Assembly: GCA_965198225.1 (NCBI GenBank) | Contig: CBDAOY010000008.1 | Location: forward strand, 704,001-768,000 | DNA length: 64,000 nt | Reading direction: 5' to 3' | Origin: Terriglobia bacterium | Lineage (GTDB): Bacteria; Acidobacteriota; Terriglobia; 20CM-2-55-15 | Part shown: positions 57,128 through 64,000 of the stretch, piece by piece | How the letters are laid out: every line of letters begins with the position of its first letter | Position numbering within the stretch: the first letter of the stretch is position 1 | Translations under genes and position numbers: made by a program | Notes under the pieces: generated by a model | Told to the model about the DNA's origin: nothing | Databases searched by the model: none | What the model saw: the letters and a program-made list of their open reading frames with translations, nothing else

Positions 57128-57910
57128 ATGGCCCTGGTAGATTATCGGGTTGAAGGCGGCCTCGGGATCATCGAGATCAACAATCCGCCGGCAAACGTCT
57201 ACACCCTGGACAGTCTGAAACTACTGGACGAGGCGATCGTGAAGACGCGGTTCGATTCCTCGGTCCACGTGATCGTGATAATGGGTGCCGGCGACAAGTT
57301 CTTCTCTGCGGGTGCCGACATCCGGATGCTCTCCTCGGAGACCACGGACTTCAAGAACAACTTTGCGCTGTTCGGTCACGAGACCCTGTTGCGTCTGGAG
57401 AATACGCCAAAGCTGGTGATCGCCGGCATCAACGGTCACTGTGTGGGCGGGGGCCTGGAGATCGCGATGGCGTGTGACATCCGGATCGCAAAAAAGGACG
57501 CGGGGCGGGTGGGGCTTGCCGAGGTCAATCTCGGTGTGATTCCCGGAATGGGCGGTACCCAGCGGTTGCCACGCCTCGTCGGTCGGGCACGCGCCCTGGA
57601 ACTCGGGGCGACCGGGCGCATGATCGCCTTCGAGGAGGCCGAAGCCTGGAACCTGATTCACGACATCTTTGATCCCGAAGACTTCAAGCAACAGGTGATG
57701 GACTACGCCGGCCAGTTCGTCGCTCCAAACAAGCCGAGCAAGGCGGTGGGTTTGATCAAGCGCGCGATTCAATCCGGTATCAACGGAAGTCTCGCCGACG
57801 GCCTGGCCCTGGAAAGGGAAGCCCTGGCCCAGGCCTTTGACAGTGCGGATGCTGCCGAGGGATTGAGCGCTTATCAGGAGAAGCGGGTGGCCAAGTTCGT
57901 TGGCAAGTAA
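57128..57910 (+). CDS. enoyl-CoA hydratase/crotonase family
   Basis: FSAGADI, GGGLEIAMACD, LAEVNLGVIPG.GGTQRL (both catalytic Glu present). Confidence 0.92.
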   Translation: MALVDYRVEGGLGIIEINNPPANVYTLDSLKLLDEAIVKTRFDSSVHVIVIMGAGDKFFSAGADIRMLSSETTDFKNNFALFGHETLLRLENTPKLVIAGINGHCVGGGLEIAMACDIRIAKKDAGRVGLAEVNLGVIPGMGGTQRLPRLVGRARALELGATGRMIAFEEAEAWNLIHDIFDPEDFKQQVMDYAGQFVAPNKPSKAVGLIKRAIQSGINGSLADGLALEREALAQAFDSADAAEGLSAYQEKRVAKFVGK

Positions 57911-57972
57911 GCTGGGCAGGGTTCAACGGTGACAGGTCCTCGACCTGACCCGTTATGAGGAGGTAAGTTTAC

Positions 57973-59076
57973 GTGGCCAGAATTTCGACATTTGATGACT
58001 GGACCGACTATTTCCGCGAGTGGCAGAAGGACATCGGTCTGGATGCTTCGCGATTCGACGACTACGAATTTGAAGTGAAGTTCGGCCCGGTTGCATCGGA
58101 AGAGATCGAATTCGGCGATTTCGCCGGGCGCCCCAAGTGGGAGAGGGTGATCCAGATACCGGACCAGCGGATCCGGGACTCCCTGCTGCACTTGATTACG
58201 TTCCAGGGAGACACCGAGTTCGCGTCCGTCGAGCAGCAGAAGCACCTGCTCGACACCGCTCCGAGTGATTACGATCTGCAGTCGGCGCTCAAGATCATGA
58301 GGGAAGAGATGCGTCACGGGACGCAGATGTGCTACCTCCTCGTGAAGTACTTCGGCGACACCGGAAAACTCGAAGCTCAGAAACTCCTGGAGAGGCGTGC
58401 GTACGAGAACAGTCGCCTCCTGGGAGCTTTCAACCAGGACATCAGCGATTGGCTCGATTTCTACTGTTTCACGGAACTGGTCGACCGCGACGGCAAGTAT
58501 CAGCTGACCATGCTGAGCCACTCTGGGTTCAAACCTCTCGCGGCGAGTATGCAGCCGATGTTGGGAGAGGAGTTCTTCCACCTCCTGACCGGGCACACGG
58601 GTTTGAGCAGGATCATTAAAGCCGGAAAGGTTCCTCATGACATCCTGCAGAAACACGTCAACAAGTGGTATTCCGTCGCCCTGGATCTGTTTGGTGTGGA
58701 CCAGTCTTCCTCGGCGGCCTGGTTCTACGCCTGGGGACTCAAGGGACGTTACGACGAAGGGAGTGTCGAAGGCGAACCTGATCGGGACAAGCTGAACGAG
58801 GCGGCCCGCGGTCATTACATGGCGGAAGTTGCCGAGTTGTTCGCCGCACTGAACAAGTTGATACCGGAAGACCAGCCCAAGCTGAGCCTGCCGGATCCGA
58901 AATTTCACCGCGGTATCGGTGAGTTCGCGGACAAGAGATACGGCGCAACGGGAGAGCTGCTGTCACCGGATGCATACGCGACTCATCTCGAGAAAACTCT
59001 TCCTACCGCGGCGGACAAGGCGAAGCTGTCTGAGGTCTTCAAGGACCAGGACTGGATTCTCAAGGTAGAACAATAG
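57973..59076 (+). CDS. BoxB-like di-iron aromatic-CoA epoxidase subunit (short form)
   Basis: QGDTEFASVEQQ, TAPS.YD, EEMRH, DRDGKYQL, EEFFH, LDLFG: the BoxB motif series. Confidence 0.85.
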   Translation: MARISTFDDWTDYFREWQKDIGLDASRFDDYEFEVKFGPVASEEIEFGDFAGRPKWERVIQIPDQRIRDSLLHLITFQGDTEFASVEQQKHLLDTAPSDYDLQSALKIMREEMRHGTQMCYLLVKYFGDTGKLEAQKLLERRAYENSRLLGAFNQDISDWLDFYCFTELVDRDGKYQLTMLSHSGFKPLAASMQPMLGEEFFHLLTGHTGLSRIIKAGKVPHDILQKHVNKWYSVALDLFGVDQSSSAAWFYAWGLKGRYDEGSVEGEPDRDKLNEAARGHYMAEVAELFAALNKLIPEDQPKLSLPDPKFHRGIGEFADKRYGATGELLSPDAYATHLEKTLPTAADKAKLSEVFKDQDWILKVEQ

Positions 59077-59080
59077 ACTG

Positions 59081-59404
59081 ATGTCCGACAAGTACGTCCT
59101 CGTTTGTCAGAACGCCGATTGCAAAGCCCGGCAGGCGGGCGAGTTGTTGGAGGCGCTGGACAAACGGCTGAAGGATTCCGCCGACATTACGGTTAAACCG
59201 TACATGTGCTTCGGGGCCTGTCAGTCGGGCCCGAACATCGTGATGTATCCCCAGAAAGTCTGGTACGCGAAGGTGAGCCCGGACGACGTTGAGGACATTG
59301 CGGGCTATGCCGAGGGCGGGCCGGAAGTCGGGCGGTTGACCGAGGGCGTCGACCGGGGACTTCAGGAACTGATCTACCAGCTGTTGGACGCGGGACTGTT
59401 CTAG
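59081..59404 (+). CDS. thioredoxin-like [2Fe-2S] ferredoxin (NuoE-like)
   Basis: VCQNADC ... CFGACQSGP..MYP...WY..V. Confidence 0.9.
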   Translation: MSDKYVLVCQNADCKARQAGELLEALDKRLKDSADITVKPYMCFGACQSGPNIVMYPQKVWYAKVSPDDVEDIAGYAEGGPEVGRLTEGVDRGLQELIYQLLDAGLF

Positions 59405-59553
59405 TGGCCTGTAGCAGGTCACTATACGCCTGATCCTCGGGATCAAGCGTGCGGTCAGCGGTCAGCTTTCAGCTTCCTGCCAGGAAACGGGACGCTCAGG
59501 GCCTTCATCCAGAAGCCTGAACGCTGAAAGCCGATGGCTGATTGCATCTGCCC

Positions 59554-60843
59554 ATGATTGTTTTCCCAAACGGCGTCAAGTCGGCTCCAGGCAGCCCCGG
59601 CCGGGCGGGCCGTCCCGCGGAGCCCGAAAGCTTTGAGGCCTATCTGTCTTCCGGCGGGTATCAGGCGCTTGAAGCCGCCCTCGGCCGGTCGCGGTCCGCC
59701 GTCATCGACGAGATTGCCGCTGCGGGACTGAGAGGGAAGGGCGGCGCGGGCTTTCCGGCCGCGAAGAAGTGGCAGATTGCCGCCGAGACAGACGCCCGTC
59801 CGCGCTACGTCGTCTGTAACGCCGGCGAAGATGAGCCGGGAAGTTTCAAGGACCGAGCCGCGATCGAGCACCGGCCGCACCTGGTCTTGGAAGGAATGAT
59901 CCTGGCGGCTTACGCGGTCGGTGCGGAGCAAGCCTACCTCTACCTCAACGAGACCTACGACACCTGTCACGATCGCATCAGCGGGGCGATAGCGGAGGCT
60001 CGCGGGGCGTCCTACCTGGGCGAGCGGATCTGCGGCACGACGTTTTCGATGGAAGTGTCAATCTGCAGAGCGCCGACGACGTATGTAGCCGGAGAGGACT
60101 CGGCATCCCTGGAATTCCTGGAGGGGCGCGAGGCGAAGCCGCGGGAAAAGCCACCTTACCCTGCAGTGGCCGGCCTGTACGGTAAGCCGACGATCGTCAA
60201 CAACGTGGAGACCCTGGCGCACGTTCCCGCGATCCTTCGGCACGGCGCCGCCTGGTATCGTGGTTTTGGAGTGGAACACAGTCCAGGCACGATGATCTTC
60301 TGCCTGGGCGAGGAGGTGAACGCGCCGGGCGCCTACGAGCTCCCTGTCGGGACGACCGCACGGTACTTGCTCGAAGAATGCGGGGGAGGGCTGCGGGACG
60401 CTCGATCGGTTCGGGCGTTCCTTCCCGGCGGGCCGTCGTGCGCTTTCCTGAAGGGCGACGACCTGGATGTTGCGCTCGAGCCGGAGGCGCTCAAGGCGGC
60501 GGGATCGAGTCTCGGTTGCGGTGTGATGCGGTATTATCCGGAAGGAACGTGCATGCTCGAACCCGCCCTAGATCTGGCGGGGTTTTTTGCGAAGGAATGC
60601 TGTGAGCAGTGTCCTGCGTGTCGAATGGAGACGTCGATGCTGGCAGCCTTGTTGGAGAGGATCCGGCAGGGGCAGGGCGATCGGCACCTGTACGAGCAGT
60701 TTCCGAAGATCATCGAATTCAATCGCGGAAAAGGTTACTGCGCTCTCATCAACATGCCGGGCCCCCCGCTTCTGAGCGCAATCCGGCTGTTCCGGGAGGA
60801 CTTCGATCATCACCTGGAGCATGGCACCTGCCTGCAGGCCTGA
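59554..60843 (+). CDS. NuoF/HoxF-like FMN/[4Fe-4S] NAD(P)H-binding subunit
   Basis: GLRGKGGAGFP, CNAGEDEPGSFKDR, YVAGEDSA, PTIVNNVETL, GGPS, CEQCPAC...C. Confidence 0.9.
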   Translation: MIVFPNGVKSAPGSPGRAGRPAEPESFEAYLSSGGYQALEAALGRSRSAVIDEIAAAGLRGKGGAGFPAAKKWQIAAETDARPRYVVCNAGEDEPGSFKDRAAIEHRPHLVLEGMILAAYAVGAEQAYLYLNETYDTCHDRISGAIAEARGASYLGERICGTTFSMEVSICRAPTTYVAGEDSASLEFLEGREAKPREKPPYPAVAGLYGKPTIVNNVETLAHVPAILRHGAAWYRGFGVEHSPGTMIFCLGEEVNAPGAYELPVGTTARYLLEECGGGLRDARSVRAFLPGGPSCAFLKGDDLDVALEPEALKAAGSSLGCGVMRYYPEGTCMLEPALDLAGFFAKECCEQCPACRMETSMLAALLERIRQGQGDRHLYEQFPKIIEFNRGKGYCALINMPGPPLLSAIRLFREDFDHHLEHGTCLQA

Positions 60844-60845
60844 AC

Positions 60846-61571
60846 ATGTTTGACGACAAGATTGAAGCCGCTGACTTCAACAAGATGCCGGAGGAATACC
60901 GGGATCTGCTGGTTCGCGTGTTGCGGATTCAGGCCGACTGCGAAATAGGCGGACCGCATCTCTACGTACGCGAATGGTTGCTGGGGGCACCGAGCGCCGA
61001 AGAACAGTGGAAGGTTGCCAAGACAGCGGCGGAGGAGATCGACCATTTTCACAAGATCAATGTCCTGTTGAACGAGCTCGGCTTTGACGCCTCGGATCGC
61101 CTGTTCATACAGAAGCCGGAGCGTTACGTGGACGCGTTCCGGAAGGACATGCCGACGTGGGCGGACTGGGCCGTTTTCGGGATGCTGATCGACCGGGTGG
61201 GACAATATCAGCTCGACGAGTTCGTCGATTGCAGCTACCTGCCGTTGGCACGCCTTTTGCCGCCCTACGACAACCAGATCCTCGAGGAGGAGCAGGGACA
61301 CGTCCACTTCGGCCTTTTGAAGATGGTCGAGCTCATGAAGACCGAGGAAGGCAAGCGACAGGTCCAGAACGCTGTCGACCGGTGGTACATCACCGCCCTG
61401 GACATGTTCGGTCAGACGGAATCCCGGCGCAGCCATCGCTACATCGACTGGGGCATCAAGCGGCGCACGAACATGGAAGCGCGGCGGGCTTACATTGCCG
61501 AGGTGAACCCGATCCTGGAAAAACTGGGGCTGAACATTCCGGATGCCGAAGAGGGAAGGAAGTTCATGTAG
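60846..61571 (+). CDS. PaaA/PaaC-family ferritin-like di-iron subunit (241 aa)
   Basis: MPEEYR, QADCE, APS, EEIDH, IDRVG, CSY.PL, EEQGH, Q.AVDRWY..ALDMFG, WGIKRRTN. Confidence 0.85.
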   Translation: MFDDKIEAADFNKMPEEYRDLLVRVLRIQADCEIGGPHLYVREWLLGAPSAEEQWKVAKTAAEEIDHFHKINVLLNELGFDASDRLFIQKPERYVDAFRKDMPTWADWAVFGMLIDRVGQYQLDEFVDCSYLPLARLLPPYDNQILEEEQGHVHFGLLKMVELMKTEEGKRQVQNAVDRWYITALDMFGQTESRRSHRYIDWGIKRRTNMEARRAYIAEVNPILEKLGLNIPDAEEGRKFM

Positions 61572-61658
61572 CAGGGAAGTGACAAGTTGTTGAAGAAGTG
61601 GTCAGCCAGCCGGAAACCCCTGCGGCCATCTCTCAACTGACTACTGACTACTTCTTCT

Positions 61659-62444
61659 TCACTTCCCCTTGAACTTCGGCTCCCTTTTCTCCAGGAACGC
61701 CTCGACGCCTTCCTTGAAGTCATCGGTGCGGGTGGTTTCGGCGATCAGGGCACTCTCCTGCGCGAGGTGGACGTCGAGCAGGTTCTTGTGGCTGCTGTTG
61801 ATCAAAAGCTTGATCCTGCCCAAGGCCTCGGTGGGCCCCCGGGCCATTTGCTTCGCCCAGACGGAAGTCTCTTCCTCCAATCGATCATCCGGAACGACGC
61901 GATTGATGATTCCCCATTTGTATGCGTCGGTCGCCGAAATGGAATCCCCCGTGAAGAACAACTCAGTCGCCTTCCCGACTCCCACGAGGCGCGGGAGGAA
62001 ATAGGTTCCTTCGGAGGTCAGGCCGAGCTGGACCCACGATTGGTTGAAACTGGCCGACTCGGCGGCGATCCGAAGGTCGCATGCCAGCGCGAGGTTGAAC
62101 CCCTGACCGCTCGCGACGCCGTGGATGGCGGCGATCACGGGCTTCGGGATCGTCCGCAGTTGCATCTCGAGCAAGTGCACCCGGTTGATCCAGTTCTTCA
62201 TGAACGCCTCGGTGTCGCCATCCATCATGTTTTCCATGACATGGATGTCGCCGCCGGAACTGAAGGCTCTGCCGTTCCCCTTTAGGATGATGGCGCGAAC
62301 ATCGCTGTTCTGAGTGGCATCGAAGATTGCCCGGAGCATCTCGTCCAGCATGTCGAGATCGATGGCGTTCAGGTTTTCGGGCCGGTCCATAGTGAGCGTA
62401 CCGACCTGATCGACCACTGAAAACTGGATGTTCTTGTAGTCCAT
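61659..62444 (-). CDS. crotonase family, PaaG-like isomerase
   Basis: RPENLNA, AFSSGGD, GQGFNLALACD (first Glu absent), LGLTSEG, DFKEGV.AFLEKREP.F.G. Confidence 0.85.
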   Translation of the reverse strand: MDYKNIQFSVVDQVGTLTMDRPENLNAIDLDMLDEMLRAIFDATQNSDVRAIILKGNGRAFSSGGDIHVMENMMDGDTEAFMKNWINRVHLLEMQLRTIPKPVIAAIHGVASGQGFNLALACDLRIAAESASFNQSWVQLGLTSEGTYFLPRLVGVGKATELFFTGDSISATDAYKWGIINRVVPDDRLEEETSVWAKQMARGPTEALGRIKLLINSSHKNLLDVHLAQESALIAETTRTDDFKEGVEAFLEKREPKFKGK

Positions 62445-62518
62445 AGGGCGGCGATTATACCAGATCGATTTCGGGGCCCTCGGCCTCGACTGAAGCGGTC
62501 GGCGGCCCAAGGGTTGTC

Positions 62519-63622
62519 TTAGGCGAGAAGGGCGCGCTGGACGAACCAGTAGAACCCCAATGACATGATCGCTACCGAAGCGACGGTCATGACACGTTCC
62601 TTCCAGCGAGTTCGGCCGAGGTAGATCAACAGGGGAAACAGCGCGCTGACAAACACCAGTTGGCCGATCTCCACTCCGATATTGAAGGAGAACAGCGACA
62701 CCGCAAGCGTTCGGCGGCTCAGCTCCATTTCCTGCAGGACGTTCGAGAACCCGAACCCATGGACGAGTCCGAAGAGGAAGGTGATCTTCCAGCGATGGAC
62801 CAGGGTGTGACCCGTGAAGTTTTCGATGGCGATGTAGGCGATGCTCAGCGCAATCAGGCTCTCGATGAGTCGCGCCGGCAGGGCGACCAGGCCGAAGGTT
62901 GCCAACGCGAGAGTGACGCTGTGCGCGAGGGTGAAGGAAGTAACGACTTTGGCAAGCGCCAGGAGAGTGGTCGTCGCCATCAGGAGGCCCACGAGAAAGG
63001 CCAGATGGTCGTAGCCCGTGAATATGTGTTCGATCCCGAGCTCGCTGAAATCCAGCATCGTCACCCAGAGGGGAACGCCGGCAGCATAATCGATGTCGAT
63101 TTCCGGTTCGTCGGCGCTGAGCACACCGTGGCGTGCTTCGTCACCTTCGCCGATCTGCAGGAGGTGGCGATGGTTGGGTTGTGTGATCTCGTCGAGCCTC
63201 GACACAACCCGGAGGTCGGTCACCTCGTGTTCGAATCGGTAGACGATGTTCAGCCGGGCGACGTTGTCGGCGACGAAATCATAGTTGTCGAGAAAGGACT
63301 CCGCCGGAACATCGGGTGCCCGGACCAGAAAGTGCTCTCGGATCGCCTCGAAAAACTCGACGATGACTTCATCGAGCTCGTCGGAGGTGGCGAGGCCGTC
63401 GGCGTCGGCGTCGACCTGCGGCCCGGCGTGCAGGTCCAGGAGGTTCAGCGTCAGCGCGACCCGAACGACCGGGCCTTCCGCGGAGAAACGGGAATAGCTG
63501 GTCGAGAAGTCGTGGGCCGTGGCTCTCGTGGCAAAAGCCAGAGCCAGGAGGAGAAAAAGACCTACTGTAAAAGCCCTACGTCGTTTCAACATGCCCTCCA
63601 GATCGTATACTGATTCCGGCAC
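62519..63622 (-). CDS. HupE/UreJ family protein
   Basis: ATAH after signal peptide; GIEHIFTGYDHLAF, FTLAHSVTL, FGLVHGFGF, FNIGVEIGQ; start uncertain (63592 possible). Confidence 0.9.
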   Translation of the reverse strand: MPESVYDLEGMLKRRRAFTVGLFLLLALAFATRATAHDFSTSYSRFSAEGPVVRVALTLNLLDLHAGPQVDADADGLATSDELDEVIVEFFEAIREHFLVRAPDVPAESFLDNYDFVADNVARLNIVYRFEHEVTDLRVVSRLDEITQPNHRHLLQIGEGDEARHGVLSADEPEIDIDYAAGVPLWVTMLDFSELGIEHIFTGYDHLAFLVGLLMATTTLLALAKVVTSFTLAHSVTLALATFGLVALPARLIESLIALSIAYIAIENFTGHTLVHRWKITFLFGLVHGFGFSNVLQEMELSRRTLAVSLFSFNIGVEIGQLVFVSALFPLLIYLGRTRWKERVMTVASVAIMSLGFYWFVQRALLA

Positions 63623-63632
63623 GGGTGTTGCA
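63617..63632 (+). promoter_or_regulatory. sigma54 (-24/-12) promoter
   Basis: CGGCACGGGTGTTGCA (GG-N10-GC) upstream of ATG 63687. Confidence 0.5.
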
Positions 63633-63686
63633 TTACTTTTCTCCGTCCGAGATCGGTGAATCGGACCGGTTGACGCTCCGACTCCT

Positions 63687-64000
63687 ATGACCTACATCCT
63701 CGCAGCGACACTGCTCCCGCCCCTCTTGATTTTCGGGCTGTATCACCTGGCCACGTGGTTCGACCTGTTCGGCATCAATAAAATGGCGTTCTGGCGGCGG
63801 CTCGCCCTGACCTCCGCGATCGCGCACGCATTCCTCGTCACTGGCTTCTTTCTGTTCTCCTACTATGATTTTCAGGACAACCGCCTGCTGCTGTCCGGAG
63901 GGAGCAGCTTTGAAGCGTTCCTGTTCGGCAGGTCTGAATTCTGGCGCCTGATGGTGATCTTCGACACCGTCCCCGCAATGGTCACCTTGGGATTGTTCTC
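63687..64000 (+). CDS. hypothetical membrane protein, 3'-partial
   Basis: MTYILAATLLPPLLIFGLYHLATWFDLFGINKMAFWRRLALTSAIAHAFLVTGFFLFSYY..., open to the window end. Confidence 0.7.
   Translation, partial: MTYILAATLLPPLLIFGLYHLATWFDLFGINKMAFWRRLALTSAIAHAFLVTGFFLFSYYDFQDNRLLLSGGSSFEAFLFGRSEFWRLMVIFDTVPAMVTLGLF

Noticed and set aside
59081-60843. Respiratory complex I, hydrogenase or formate dehydrogenase operon
   Set aside because: No other subunits are present; the genes are tightly packed between oxygenase genes

Overview
GC-rich bacterial DNA. The ADOP-type ABC remnant, the secreted hydrolases and the repeat families suggest Acidobacteriota, but that is inference. The window is mostly housekeeping and amino-acid/peptide catabolism: Leu dehydrogenase, EtfBA, tdh-kbl, xseB-ispA-tlyA-nadK, a LeuA-like enzyme, malic enzyme, peptidases, an SSS transporter, STAS/PP2C, and tRNA-Arg(ACG) and tRNA-Val(TAC). 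Three things stand out. (1) 52.2-62.4 kb is a BoxR/BzdR-controlled aromatic-CoA epoxidation cluster that matches neither box nor paa. It has two di-iron ferritin-like subunits that both keep a full ligand set, a NuoE/NuoF-like pair in place of BoxA/PaaE, two single-domain crotonases and two ALDH paralogues. (2) 45.5-46.8 kb is a complete ribosome-mediated attenuator controlling a eukaryote-like phenylalanine hydroxylase: promoter, 44-aa leader with YYFYYSYAY, antiterminator and terminator. It looks like a tyrosine-sensing switch for making Tyr from Phe. (3) A family of CTAG-ended non-autonomous elements occurs several times, and one pair brackets two passenger genes. There are also GTAG-type REPs, heptamer repeats, an sRNA candidate and several gene remnants. 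I saw no CRISPR array, rRNA, integrase or transposase. All calls come from motif reading by eye; no searches were run.
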